The notes under the pieces were generated by a model, which worked only from the letters and a program-made list of their open reading frames with translations, ran no database searches and was not told the DNA's origin. From Raillietiella orientalis (Eukaryota), in NCBI GenBank assembly GCA_036172245.1, contig JAYWIR010000028.1, positions 2,914,001 to 2,967,228 of the forward strand: DNA of 53,228 bases, given 5' to 3'. Position numbers and translations under genes: made by a program. This document shows positions 1 through 13,388 of the stretch, in pieces; position 1 is the first letter of the stretch, and every line of letters starts with the position of its first letter.

Positions 1-3000
1 CGGCCAACTAGCGCCATTTCAGGAGAAACTCGGAAACCAAACGACTCAGTGGCGTCAGTTATCTGACGAACCCGCGACGCGTGGTGCCACGCGCGGAAAC
101 CTTAACCAGAAAGCCTCCGACCCGGGCAAAGCCTTCGCCTGTTTTCTTTGAAGACGTTTTGAAGACCGTTTTCTGACGCATGATGGATCAATCATTATAC
201 GGTTCTGTTTGTATGAAATATATGGTTTCCACATCCTCAATCGTTTTCACCTCTATTCAGTGGAACTCATTCTAGTTTCGTGGATATTACTCTAAAAACA
301 CCGTTGGAACAGAAATGGCCACACTATTTTTCAATCTTGGAGAGGTGTTCTTGGAAAACCTGGTTCTCATCTGGAAGCTGCAGAAAATTCCGGATGAAGA
401 TTATATCGTCCTGAGTCTTGAAGTACGTTGGCGAACCTCAGAATAGATGTCAGCATGTTTCGGTATGAATCAATGTTTGCATGTCTTCTAGGACTTAAGG
501 CACAAATAATTCAATGTTTCCTAGCTGGTCTGCGAAACATGATACACCTTTTCAGAGGAAGTCCCTTCTATCGCTACACTCAGGAGACTCGGAAGAATGG
601 TTTGCTGATGAAAAATCTCTTTAGAAAATAGGAATCTTTCACTTTCATGACAGAAAAGAAAGACTGCATCTTCACGTCGTTCATCAACAGCTTCTATCTC
701 AACTTCGTGCAGAAGATCGTGCAGTCTTTTTCTGAAAGTTCGAGGCTTGCACTTATGTGTTCCGTAGACATTCTACTCCTGTTTCGTGAGTGCAGTTTGG
801 TTTTGCAAGAAACACAATCATGGTCTTTTGTGCGAAGAAAAATGTAACTTTGACCTATAACTGGCAATACTGTTCTTGCGAAGAATGGTATGCTCTTCTA
901 ATGATTTGCCGAAATTCCATCTTTGTGGTACGCATATGGTCGGCAGAGCTCAGGGGCTTTCACGGAGGCGATTTTCGGTCCAAAGAGAGTCAATGAGCAT
1001 TTAAATCTTGCTATCCAGATTCACACTTCCCGGCTGGACGGCATTCACGCACAAGTGCACCACATGAACAGTTTTTCTCTTTCCTCTTCATCTGATGACC
1101 GTGTAAGGAATCCTCAGAAATTATCACCACAGAAACAATGGTTACGTTATAGCAAGAGAATACATCGGATAGCTTTACAGAGACATCTCTCAACAGTTTC
1201 AAAAATTATTCGTCTTTCTCAGTAAGTCGTTATCTCCTCTTTTTTCTACTCATAGTTCGTTCACTCTGCTTCCAACTTTTTGAAAGCTGGTCTGCAAGCC
1301 GATGGGTATCCCATACGCAGTTACCTATTTCTGTATTTACCTTTTGCATTGAGAGGATACCATCATCATCGAGCTTGTTGCTTATTTTTTTAAACAAAAG
1401 TACCGCAGTCACCGGCTAAAAACCTTAGCAAGTTACCTTTAGCTGCAGCTTCTATATGTTGTAGGAAGCGGCAAAGGGAAATCGGAGCTGTGAGCAACCG
1501 TTTGCATATCTTTACGACAAGAAAGAAAACATCATCAAGTCAGTCAATCGATGTAAATCAGGAGCCATATCAGAAAATGCTCTCATTTGAAATTACAATG
1601 CTCCATATACTTTGAATGAAAGCTTTTGCTACATGAGAAAACGTACTTCGGCAAAGTGGTCTCGTAACAGCAGGCCAAGTGAGGAACAGAGCAGTTGATC
1701 GAATCAAAAGAAACCGGAAAGTTGGAAGCAGGAAGAGGAAAAAACGAAAAGATCCAAACACAAAGAGAACACGCAGGGGATTCTCACCACATGCACGCAC
1801 ATATTAAAAGTCTGAAACTACATGAGCGTTAGAGTTTTCAGAGAACTAGGAAGTTCTATCTTTCTTTAAGGGTGCCATAAGTTTGACTCTGCGAATCGAT
1901 GCTCATTCGCTGTATCGTACTGCAGAGGAATAGAGTACCTTTCTTCCGTTAAATGCATGGCAGTCTTTATGCATCCGTGCTTTAGAGCATTTCCTTCTGT
2001 GAGTACTACAGTTATACAATGAGCAGTCCTTTTAAAGCAGTAAACGCGCAAGTCATGGAACATGCAAACGTTCTAATGAAATTTCCATTTGCAAAGTGGA
2101 ACACGGAGAGTTTTACACTCAGTAATGTAGAAAACTTCGAACTCTAAAGTGTGATTAACGAGCTGAAGAGTTGTGGCTGCAAATGATCCCAATGGAGAAC
2201 ACCGCTTCGGTACTTCATTGGTCAGCTATCGCATGTCTTACTTCTGAGTGTAAAATCTCACTACAGGGGAAAGAATGGTCTTACAGATATGAAGATACGC
2301 AAACCAGAGCATCAAGGGGTTGTCCTCAAATACATCACGCTGAATAGTTGTGAACATTACGCTGCTCCACGTCTTTCCGCATGAAGAGATGAATTGATTG
2401 TCTGATGCTGGGTTGAGTGCGGATCTAACCTCATGTAAAATTGCACTTATGTCATCCGCCACGCAGTGGAAACCTCGTTTTTTCGCAGAGTGGCGTGTTC
2501 TTACTAGATAACCTGATCCACAGGGAACAGTTCGGGTGCTATTTCTACCTTTCGAGAAGTGTTTTTCGTTTGCCCCGCTATAGAAAAGAGACCCTTGTCT
2601 CCGGACCAGCAGCGTTCAGGAGGATCATTCACTCACGAGTGCGCAGCACCTTTTTTCCAGTTTCTTTTCGTGATGTGGTTCCCTGGTGGCTAGGGTGCTT
2701 TGTCAAAATAGGCAGGAAGACAACGTCGGCGAAGTACCCCCCTGCAAAAGCACTAAAGGCGAAGCAGGCCGCTTTGCACGAGGAATGCCAAAAAGGCTAC
2801 CGTGTGAAGGGCGGGGAAGTCTTCCTTCCCACTCCATGCCTTACGAACGGGCAATATTGTAGCCGAGGAAGGCGACTGTGGCGCAATCATTGCTAGTTAA
2901 AAAGTCCAAGCGTGTGGAGGAATCTCGGTGCGGCAGCGTTGGCCAACTGAGAACCCTTCGCGGATGCGAAAATGCGAGCATATATAGCCCAAAGCTATAT

Positions 3001-3499
3001 ATGCCCACATTTTGCAAGAATATAATCCGTTGCTCTCTACGAAGTTAGTCACTTATTTATTAAGAGAGCGATCCCCGAGATCAACAGCGGCTTCACAAGG
3101 GTCGGAGATCGAGAAGGGCACCTGAATTTTCTTGTACTCCAGGTGAAGAACGAAGGCCAGAAGGTGATGCACATGTGTAGAACTCAAGCAGTGTCTTTTT
3201 CTAACGCCGTTGAGCATCAGAGGACAAAGCGTTTCCCACGGAGGATTAATCTTCCCTCCAACCTTGGAATGCCATCAGGTTCAGGGGGTCCGAACGCGAT
3301 TGAATGGCAGCGCTGGCGGACAATTCCACCAAGCTCGTCCTTCCGCAAAAAGTGAATCTTTTTGGAGCCTCCCATCCGCCTGCAGCGGAATGACTGCGGG
3401 CTGCATTTCGGTTAAATGGGACAGAATTCCCAATAAAATAAAAATCGATAGAAAAAACGCAGACATCTGGTTTGTGGGAAAGCCTGAAGTTTGCAGTGT

Positions 3500-4768
3500 C
3501 ATCCAAGGGAGGAGGGCGATTCTTGGATGAAGTCGCTTGCACATTCCATGGAAATTATGGATTCGTGACACATCCTGGATATCGCTACTCACTGGGATGA
3601 CTGGCCGTACGCGTCACATAGGGCCTACGCGTTGTTGTCGAACAACTCGAAAGGCCTAATGACTGCGCTGCTAGGCCGAGCAGGGGAATGGATTAACATC
3701 AACCCGACCTGGAGGAGAAAGCAACGGCTGGTGCACAAGCACAAGATCAAGATCGTGCAGAGAAGCAGGGAACTCTATCAGCAGGAATCCATCCTGGTGA
3801 TCCCGTGGATGCTTCCGATCCCTCCGGACACGAGAAGCTGGATCTAGCAGAGGCCCAGAGTTACCCTACAAAGAATCCAGGAATGGCGACGAGGAGGATA
3901 CCTACATCACACTCGTATACTTCGCTATATAGAGATGATGCTAGGTAGGTTCACCCATATGACCCGCGGAGTGTGGATAAAACACAACGACTTCGAGTGG
4001 TCTAGGGTAACCAAGATGAACCTCCGGAAGATTATCAAGGACCAGGACCAAGACACCAGTGCCCTCCAAGAAGCCGCCGATTGCTACGGCAGTGACAGGA
4101 TCAACCTGTTAGCGATCGGCACGACGCTCTGGAGGAGTGGACTTCCGCCGGACACCCAGGACAACCTCCTGATGTTTTATCATGGAGGAATCCAGAGCGG
4201 GTCTAAACTCAAGCACTTCACGCGAAGACGGGAAGATCAAGACTGCACGGCATGTGGAGACATTGATACAAGACTTCACGTCTCGACGTGTCCCACATTG
4301 CTACACGACTGGCTGATCCTGAAAAGGTTCAAAGGATTCAGCAACAAGTCCGTAATGGAAATCCTCGCTGGGATGTTACAGGGAGATGGTAATGTTCCCT
4401 GTTACAATCCTATGGTGAAGATGACCATTGCTCTCTTCATCACCGCCACACTTGTGCGGTGGTGGAAGATGAGGAAAGCCAGAAGAGCCGCACCCCCGAT
4501 GGAGATCCTACAAGGACTCATCAAGAAGAAAATCGGCATTAGGAACTGTAAACGACTTCATGACTGCACGTACCGATTCATCCTGAAGAGGATTGAAGAC
4601 GACGCCCGGGAACAAACATCTGGAAACCTATCCTGAAAGCAGAACTTGAAATACCCCCAAGCACTTCAAACTGATAAAGTGTTGGTATTTTGTATGAATG
4701 TGATTGTAGAATGAATGAGATTTAAAAGAAAATAAATTTACCCCATCCCTTGTGGGACTTGGGGAAAA
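3500..4768 (+). mobile_element. E2: 5'-truncated LINE of an unrelated family, inserted sense into ORF1 of E1 with a 16-bp TSD
   Basis: CTGAAGTTTGCAGTGT occurs at 3484-3499 and 4769-4784. The element ends AATAAA-TTTA-CCCCATCCCTTGTGGGACTTGGGG-AAAA. Confidence 0.85.
3935..4636 (+). pseudogene. C-terminal part of a LINE ORF2 (Cys/His zinc-binding domain) in E2
   Basis: CTACGDIDTRLHVSTCP matches the C-X2-C...H...C motif at the end of L1-type ORF2. Confidence 0.75.
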
Positions 4769-5661
4769 CTGAAGTTTGCAGTGTGGAGAAGCTGGAGTAG
4801 ACCTCAAGAGAAGGTGCAGAAGGATTCACTGCCATGATTTCAAGCAGTTTGAGAGCATCAGGCCGGCGTTCTCTGTCCCTGCAGCTAATGCCTCTTACCC
4901 CAATTTCAATAAGACTGCGATCCGCGATGCAACCTCGTGGCTCAAAAAGGGTGCTTCGCCAACAAGAAACCCCTTTGTGAAGAATTATAGAAAAATGTTG
5001 CGGAGTAAGACGCTTTCTAGACAACGGTGTCCAGGAAGGCAAGCAGCGTGCAATGGAGCGAGTTGCTCCAAATGCTCATAAAGAAGGGCACTCCGTACGC
5101 GAAAAAAACAAAGAATGCGATTCGTTGCAGAGAGAAAAAAGTGACCCATCGCTCCGCGCCAACCTTGCCGAAATACGAGGTCAACCTTTAGCGGTGCGAC
5201 CATGCTGTGCTTGCAGTCGTATCCTCAAATAATCAGCAAGGAAGCTCAACCGAGGACGCATGCGTATACGAGTGTTGCCTGAGGCAAAACACGGAAGACC
5301 GCAAGTCGTAAGCTACTGACTTAAAAATAAGTCGCATTCTGTTGCGATCGTATGCGATTCTCCGTCCAAAGCGCGAGGACTAAAGCACAGCACGCCAAGG
5401 CAAAGGGCAACAGAAGCAATGAAGCAGTAACACGGCATCCAAGTGGCGTGCAGCGACACTGTGAGAATGGTTGCAGAATAGTGTCATTACAGTATGCACA
5501 GACACGAGTCCAGTAGACGGAACCCTGCGTTCTATCGATACCGATCTGCTTCGGGATACGCACGAGATCTCGACATCTCAAGACTTCATCACGATGACGA
5601 TGAAGCTCGAGATGTTCTGCGACCGTTCTTCGCACCGAATGTATTCCCGACTGGTGCGGTG

Positions 5662-7377
5662 ATTAAACACCAGGGTGCGCCGGGGCGTTTATTCTTTTAC
5701 AGGAATCGATGCAGCCGAGGGCCCACCAATTCCAATTGTAACACTACAAAGATGGGGAGGGTTGAAGAGGTTCATCACGTCCAAGAAAGGAAAGCAAGAT
5801 GAAACAAAACTAAAGAAAAAAAAAACACAACAAATAATGAAAACAAACAAAAAAAAGATCACTTGGGGGAAGACAAGGTGTCATATTTCATGGTAGGTAA
5901 AGTCTTAGCATTTATTTAAGGATGCCGGCAAGCTCTTCCTCCTCTTTTTCAAAGTGTAGTCACTTCAAAGCTATCTGCAGGAAGCGGATGACACACAGGA
6001 CAGCTCCTCCTCAACTTCGACCTCTCTCGGCGTCGCATTTTGCTGCGACGACATTGTGCACGCGTCACATTGCTGCTATTGCAGCTGCGGGCGTCATAGC
6101 GCCCTGCACGGAGAGAAGCCTCAAAGAGTCTTTGGGATCGTCCACGGGTGCGGAAGAGACTCAAGAAACGTTCCCACAAGTCCCGGAAGAAAACGTACTG
6201 AAGGTGGAGGGAAGGTCTCCCTCTCTCCACGCCTGCCACAGTTTGGCGATGCGTTTCCCTCGTCCAGTGGTGACGGTGCACCTGGCACGTAAAAACACAG
6301 CGCAGTATCAGAAGCGCGGTTGTAGCGACTTGAGGAAAAGCAGCTCTCTATCCATGGAAACGGGGAGCACTTCCAACTCTCCGAACTGAATGGAAAAGTG
6401 TACGACACAATGTTTTAGTCCTTTCAAGGGGAATCTATGAGCGTCAGCCAGATGTCGCGTAGTTCAGCCACCGTTTGGCTTTCTGCGGACCAAGATCACG
6501 CAGGAAACCTCCCATTACGTCAGCTTACCATGTACTCTGAAACATAGGACACCGCTGCAGAGAGGATAATGGCTGCTGTTTATGCCAACACAATTAGCTC
6601 ACTACCTATCGCCTCCAATGTTCTTCCGATGTTCTTAAGCAACTCTCGGCAGCAGGTAACTTCCGATGTGGCATTGGTAAGCTGGGCCGACGTCCCAGTT
6701 TCTCCTGATGACAGTCCGGTGTGTTCGCAGGGCAGCAGAAAATACAGTGTTTGCTTTCACGAGAGCAGTAGCACACTGGAGAAAAAGGCAACAAGATGGG
6801 AGTCGGCGGTGGTGACACGCAAACAGGATTGGGACTTCATCACCGACCTCCAGCCGAGAGAGCAAACGTGCCGGGGAGCATAAATGGATGGCCTCGTTCT
6901 GTGCAACGAAGGCCATTCTTCAGGAGTTCAGTTGAACTTTTATGTGCTCCAGCGTGAGGAGTTGAAGTCCTCCGTCGCGACGAGGAATGCACAAGTCTTA
7001 ATCCCAATCGGAACCTCCCAATATTCCAGAGGTCTTTTCGAAGGAGGTCCTTTGTCTCTTTCACCATATCGGTGGGACGATACAAGCAAGGAGCATGAGT
7101 GGGAGGGCAGTGACCACAAAGGTGTTTCAAATGACGGCCCGTTCCGCCAACCAGAAGTTGCCTCATTCAAACGGGCCGAGCGCCTACTCTAACTTCTCGA
7201 GGCAGTAGGATCACGCTTCCGTAGGGGGAACGTCTCCCAGCGGCACGCCGAGGTATTTGGAGTACCCAGTCGTGGAAACTCCTAAACGGACCCAGTTCTA
7301 CTGTCCAGTCCACGTTGCACCGACCGAACACAAGTTCACTTTGTTCTGCTTAACTCCATGCCTCTTCTTCTGCTAAG
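5662..7377 (-). mobile_element. E3: degenerate LINE 3' fragment (ORF2 C-terminal part and 3'UTR)
   Basis: The minus strand gives SKYLGVPLGD (~7230-7260), KETKDLLRKDLW and HRHHWTR. The terminal AATAAA-hairpin is at 5666-5693. Confidence 0.75.
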
Positions 7378-8051
7378 TTTTTTACCTGGATAAGCCGGAG
7401 CTTTTATTTTTAAAATTCCAAATTGTTTGTTATATGGAAATCTACACTTTTTGGCATTGCTTCTTCAAAAACACATGGTTCTGTCAGTGTTTCTTAACTT
7501 GTCGTTACCGACGCGCTGGCCAGTATGGTACTTTCCGCGGGCTAAAGGGACGGGAAAAGCAAAAGAAAAAGAAAAAAAAGAAAAAACGCAGGGGGCACGA
7601 AGTTTTATGAGGTAAGGAGTAATGGGATGAAATCACTGCTCGCCGGAAGGAGTCCTCTGCATCCGGTTTCTGATGCAGGAAAGTGCCGGCTGAATTGCCC
7701 TCAACCGGGCCATCGGAATGCCTTCTCCATGGAAAGGACCGCCCAATGAATGGCATTCGCCTTATATGTACTCGCCTCGATGCATTTCACTTTTCCAGTA
7801 TTTCGCGTATGCAGCGGAAAACCGCAACACACGCGGCTGCTGGCAGGACGTTCCGCATCATGAGACGACGGAAAATATCTTCTGTGTTGTCCACAGGAAT
7901 GTTCACAATCGACGAGAGTCGATCCCATATAGACAGAAGGGCGACACACTCGATAAGCAGGTGGGGGAAGGTTTCCCTTTCCCCGCAACTTGCACAATTG
8001 GCATCCATACTCCCTACCTGGCACAGTTGGGGTTTACGCTTCCCCGTGTCC
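7378..8051 (-). mobile_element. E4: LINE 3' fragment (ORF2 Cys domain and 3'UTR)
   Basis: CASCGERETFPHLLIEC (ORF 7787-8008). The element ends AATAAAAGCTCCGGCTTATCCAGGTAAAAAA at 7408-7378. Confidence 0.8.
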
Positions 8052-9590
8052 TTCTAGGGAGCGGAGGTGGTTTGGTATTGCTCAGCGGTCTAGTTAGTGC
8101 GAAGGTTTTCGGTGGTTTTGTCTGGTATGTAGGAGCGCCGGTGTCCCATGGCAAAAATGCATGCGGACACCGCGATGGAAATCGTGGGAGAAGAGGCGAC
8201 TTGCTCTCCACCACCCATGAAAGTAAGGGCGTCCGCCCTCACGGAATCCGAGGCACTTGCCCCAACGGAATCGAAGGCAGCCGCCCCTTCGCGACCCTCT
8301 TCGACAGCGGCGAGGAGTTGGAGTGCCGTCGTTGCTGCACCATCCCCGGCTGCAGTAGCGGAGCAGACTGCCTACAAGGACAGCAGCTACAAACCGTCGC
8401 TGATCTACAAGGTAGGTAGTGTGTTCGACGAGAAAATTGCACGCTCCTTTGAAATGGAGCTGCAAAAACAGAATGTGAGAGAGGAAGACCTCGAGGGCCC
8501 TCCGTCCTTAGTGGGGGGCAGCGAGTTGAGCTGACTTGCAGAGAGGCAAGTCTGGCGGGAGAGACGAATACCATGAAGCAGGCCGTAAGGAGCCAGATGC
8601 CAGTCCCTAAGCCATCCCAACAAACGTCGGTTGAGAGCACTCCCGACGACGCTGGCGACGGCGAAGGCTGGCAGACGGTACAGCCCAGAAGAAAGCCCGG
8701 GAGTCCCGAACGAAGCGTGGGGAAAACAAAAACGCAGCGCGGAAAACCGTGCAGCGAAAAACTTCGCGCTTGTTCGGTAAAATTAGAGCGTGTGGAGGCA
8801 CTCGATGCCGCCACCGGGGGAGCAATCCCCCCTTTCGTGTCCGCCGAAGCCGCGACGGTTGATGGCGAACACTCTGGGGAAACAGAGGGAGAACCGCGCG
8901 CCGCGCTCGACGCGATCGAGGAGGCCGCCTTCCAGCAGGTGGTGGAAGAACTCGCGGCTGAACTGCAAGGCCGTGAGAAGAACTCCCTGAAAGGCTTACG
9001 AAGGCCGGCCGCGAGGAAGGGTCCGGATGCAGGTGAGGCAGAACCGGATGCCGGAAGTGCGTCCTCCTCAACGGAGGCGCCACCAAAGAAGACGGGACGC
9101 AAGTCCCAGAATCCCAGGAGGCGCATACGGATCAAGAAGGAGGAGGACGAACTGGTACCCAAGGGGGAAGCCAGGAGCGTAAGAGACGAGGGTAGGAATC
9201 TCTCATTTCTTGACACCGTGCAGCTGGCGATCCCCATGGAGGAGGAAGTACAGGTGGGTTAAACCCCCCTTCCTCTGCACGGCTCTGACGAAGACTCGGC
9301 CACCATGGAGGAGGGAGAACCGGTGCGAGGTGATCCCATTCCTCTATCCGTCCCGCCCGACCAGGTGGCGGAAGCCCCGTTGCCACTTTCCCAGGAATAA
9401 CACCTGGGCTCGCTTGTCGCCGTCGATTACGGGCGGCCTGCTGGAACGTCAACGGGCTGCGCGATGACGGCAACAGACGGGACACGGCCGCCACCCTGCG
9501 TGACTTCGACCTGGCGCTCCTGCAGGAGATCCACGTGATCACCGCGGAGAACGCCCAGTAGATCAAAAGGATCGCAGGGGGGCGGCTGAT
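8052..9590 (+). mobile_element. E5: subfamily C LINE 5' part (internally deleted ORF1 and start of the endonuclease)
   Basis: ORFs 8148-8534 and 8573-9262 align with ORF1 of E21 but lack the knuckle region. ACWNVNGLRDDGNRR...LLQEIH follows at 9400-9590. The copy is cut by the 3' end of E6. Confidence 0.85.
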
Positions 9591-9819
9591 TGTCACCCGG
9601 GTGCGCCGGGGCGTTTATTATAAACTATCCGGAAACAGGGTTCCCGGACAAAGGGGAAAACAAGAGACGAAGGGGGTGGGATCCCGACACGCAGGTCGGT
9701 ATGCCGAAAGTCCGGAACGGGAGGGAAGGGACCACAAACACACTACTATATAAAAAAAAAATAAAAGAAGAATATGGAGGACAGGAGACAGGGGTCTTTG
9801 GTAGGTCCGTTCCTTATTT

Positions 9820-12800
9820 TCAAAACCGGCGATGGATGCCGGCGATCTCTCTCCTTACGCCCTGTGGCAGATATGCCCACTGGGCAGCCGACGACATGTT
9901 TGCGCTGGCTAATCCGGTGGGCTGACGAAGGATGGCTAGCTTCTCCAACTCTCGGTGGGCCTTGTCGATGGCGCGGGTGCAACACACGGTTGCAACGACA
10001 GCACCCAATGACAGGCCGCCTGGCGTGAAGAAGCAGCGCATCAAGTACTTTGCGGTGTCCCCCTGGTGCCGGAGAGCTGAGGACAGCCTCCGACAGAGTC
10101 CTAGAAGGGCACCGCAGTCCAGGAGCAGGTGCGGGACCGTTTTTACTTCCCCGCACCGCTTACAGTTTGGGGAGACAACTCCCCCGGAAACAAGGTTCGT
10201 GCGCTGGTTGGAGTGAAAACCCCGATGCACCAGCATAATCACGTCCTGCTTCCACGAAAAAGGGAACACAGAAGTGTTCAAACACGAGGAAGGAACCACA
10301 AGTTCTTCAAGGGGCACACTCAAGTGTTCGCTCCACCGAAGGAGTCCCTTCGGAACGTGGCGAGGTGTGGCGGCGTCCGCCAGCTCGCAAGTCTTCCAGC
10401 CGCCAATAGGTCGCGTTGTTCCTGCGATGGTGCAGGCGACCTCCCATCTCGCCGGCTCGCAACTGTCATCTCTTGCCCTGAAGGCTGACAGTGCGTCGGC
10501 GAGGGGGGTGACGGCCACGCAAGTCAACTTCTCCTGGCTGTTGCACACCTCATCCACCGTGCAGTACGGGGAGAGGTGAGCGCAACGGAGTTCCAGGAGG
10601 GAAACGTCCTGGTGCTTTGCCCAGCCATGCAACGGTTCCTTCCGCCAAACTTCAAAGTTCGTTGGGCGGCAGGAGATCCATTCCTGGGCTTTCAGGAGCC
10701 GGTACAGCGGTTTCAAGGGGAAACCGAAGCTTCTCGTAACGCGCTCCGTGTGCGGCCGTAGCGACAGAAGTCCATCGCTGCCTGTGCAGCGCCGCAGAAG
10801 CAGGCGCGCGGGAACGCACCACGGAGTGGACCAAAGGTTGGCGCACAGGGCCAACATCCGAAGCTGCACCTGCAGCTCGATTCTCTCCAGCGTCAGGATG
10901 CCTAAGCCAAAATCCCGACGCGGAGCCGCCAGGTCTTTGAGGCGGATCCTGGACCTCGCAGGACCCCACAGAGCGTTCCTCAACAGGCTGTGCGCCTGGA
11001 GCTTATCCGAGTAGGAAGGCGGGCAAACAAAAAGCAGGAGGCGCAAGAGGGGGGCAACGAAAGTGTTCCATATCGTGGCCCGCTCCGGCAGGACGAACCT
11101 GCCATGGTGGAACGGGCTCAGGGCATTCGAAGCCTTCCGAAGGCAGTCCGACCACACTTCCACTGGGCTGATGTTCCCCAGCGGAACGCCCAGATATTGC
11201 ATGGAGGAAGCGGTCGGGATCCCCAGGCGGATCCAGTCGGACTGCTCCTCCCATGCCGCACCAATAGGTACGACCACGCTCTTGCTCCGGTTTACGCCCA
11301 TGCCCGCTCCCCGGCGAATCAGCTCGAGGAAATCCTCGAGACTGGACGCCGGGGTGGTCATGGGTAAGAGGAGAAGCAGGTCGTCAGCATAGGCCGCCAC
11401 GGACGGCGTTCCTGGACAAGAGCTCGGCAGGTTGGCCAGCGTCAGCCTGTACGCCCTCAGCACCAACTCAAAGAAGATGCTGAAGAGCAACGGGCTTAAG
11501 ATGCCGCCCTGCCTGATGCCCCGACGCATCGGCACGCCGTACACGTGGCAGCCGCTAAAAGAGATGGAAATGAGCGCGTGGCGCAAGCAAGCGCGCAAAT
11601 ACGCCACGAGGTGCACCGGGACACCAAGGCGTTACAGGAGCTCCAGCAGGAGATCCTGATTTACGGAATCGAACGCCTTGCGGAGATCGACCGCGACCGC
11701 CAAGGCACCCGGCGCTTCCCCAGGCCGAATGCAGCGACGCCTAGCCTCGGCAGCCGCAGATGCGGTTGCCTGGCTGTCGTGCGCCACGCAGCGTTGCAGC
11801 TCGAGCCACGTGCGCGCAAAGAACAGGTTCGCCTCCATGGACCGCCCGGGAACAGCGTAAGACTGCTCCGGACTTACCACGGATCCAGCGATCCTGCCCA
11901 GGCGCGCGACCCACAGCCTGGAGAACAACTTGACGTCCGCATTCACCAAGGTGATGGGACGCCAGTTGCTTAAATGGCGCATGTCTCCGCCTTTCGGCAA
12001 CAGACGCACCCTTGCTGAGCGAAACGAGGCCGGGACATTGCCTGTCTCTCGCATCAGCGCAGAAAGCCTCAGCACCAGGGGGATTAGTTCCGGCGCGAAG
12101 CACTGGAAGAACTTCGCAGGCAGACCATCCTCACCTGGCGCCTTGCGCTTCTTGAGGCCCGCTATGGCGGAAGACACTTCTTCCGCCGTGAACGGCAAGT
12201 CAAGAGTGGCGCGTTCCTCCTCGTCGACCGCCGGGAAATCCGCCGGCAGAAGCAGCTCCGAGAGACTGCGTTCCGTCGGCTCCCGAGCGTACAACGAGAA
12301 GTAATAGCGCTTTAGGAGGCGGCGAACTTCTGCCGCGCCTGAGCACTCCAGGCCCTGGTCGTCGAGCAGACAAGCTGCTCCTGACTGTCAGACCTGGCGC
12401 TCGGCCTTGGCCTTGTACTCCGCAAGGTACCGGACGTCCGGGCATCGGAAGAATTGGCGGGCCTGCAGAAACTCTCTGCAGTTAACCACGCCTTCCCCGA
12501 AGCCACGGGGAAGCAGGCGCAAGGGGAACCGGCTGCAGAACTCGCGGACCGATCTTTTCAGATCATTCCAGTCCACGAGCTCTCGAGCGGCAAAGGTCCG
12601 GAGATGCTAGCGGAGGTGCTCCGCAGCCACCGGATTTCTCAACCAGTCGGCCGGCAACCTCCAGACGTGCGTCGGAGGGCCCTTGCCAGGCGGGAGTAGC
12701 TCAAACTCCAACCTGTAGTGGTCGGAAAGCTCGGACGGCACAGGACCTCTTCGACCCACCCGACAATGCAGGTGATCGTCCAGGAACACATGGTCCGGCA

Positions 12801-13383
12801 AAGCACGCATCCCGGGATCGTCGGCCAGCAAATTCGAGGCGTGCACCGACGCGCACACCTCGTTCACCAGCCGTTTCTCCCGCCGACGGTGAGACTCCTC
12901 GGATAGCGCGTGGACGTTGAAGTCCCCGGCTACGAGGTGAGCCACGTGGGGGCCGGAGTTGCTGAGCCAGCGGTCGCGCAGTCTCTCGAAAAACTCCAGT
13001 TTCTCGGTGTGACGCGCGGAGCCGCTCGGCGCGTACACGTTCGTGACGACAAGGTTGATCGATTCGGACCACTTGAGAACAAGTTGGCCCACACGACCTT
13101 CCTCGTCGAAACAAACGCTCCGCACCGCTCCCGCCACCCTGCCCCGGACAAGGAATGCGACTCAGCAGGTATTCTGGGAGCCTGACCTCCAATGGAGAGT
13201 CCCGCCTGCGCGAACTTGCAGATCGGCCGCTTGCTGCTCGGAGAGTGAGTGAATCTCCTGCAGCAGGGCCAGATCGAAGTCGCGCAAGACGTTGGCAACC
13301 AATTGCCTCTTCTCGTTGTCCTACAGCCCGTTGACGTTCCAACAGGCCACTCGGACGCGACGGGAAGAAGCGAGACCGCGCAT
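9820..13383 (-). pseudogene. ORF2 of E6: APE endonuclease, reverse transcriptase and Cys domain, broken by stops and frameshifts
   Basis: NVYAP, GDFN, SDH (ORF 12607-13137); KAPGEDG, WRPITL, DLRKAFDSV (ORF 11632-12294); GIRQG, YADD, YLGV, CKRC...H...C (ORF 9820-11616). Confidence 0.92.
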
Positions 13384-13388
13384 TGCTG

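Larger units (their letters stand above)
2464..5661 (+). mobile_element. E1: heavily degenerate LINE 5' part (ORF1 and possible start of the endonuclease), interrupted by E2
   Basis: ORF 3210-3530 has KIKIDRKNADIWFVGKPEVC, matching KLDVGNKTVDVWYVGKPKYC of ORF1 in E21. The knuckle continues after the insert (CGEAGVDLKRRCRRIHC, 4782 onward). TLRSIDTDLLRDTHEIS (~5521-5570) weakly resembles TLRDFDLALLQEIHVIT. The 5' boundary is guessed from CAGT at 2464 and GGCGTG at 2492. Confidence 0.55.

Noticed and set aside
1..2463. Short ORFs and a small inverted repeat (CGCGTGG-TG-CCACGCG, ~77-92) in the left flank
   Set aside because: No recognisable domain, splice pattern or terminal repeat; left unannotated.
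9591..10666. LTR pair or segmental duplication with 50400-51474
   Set aside because: The similarity is between two LINE 3' ends with different truncation points, and one has its own TSD.
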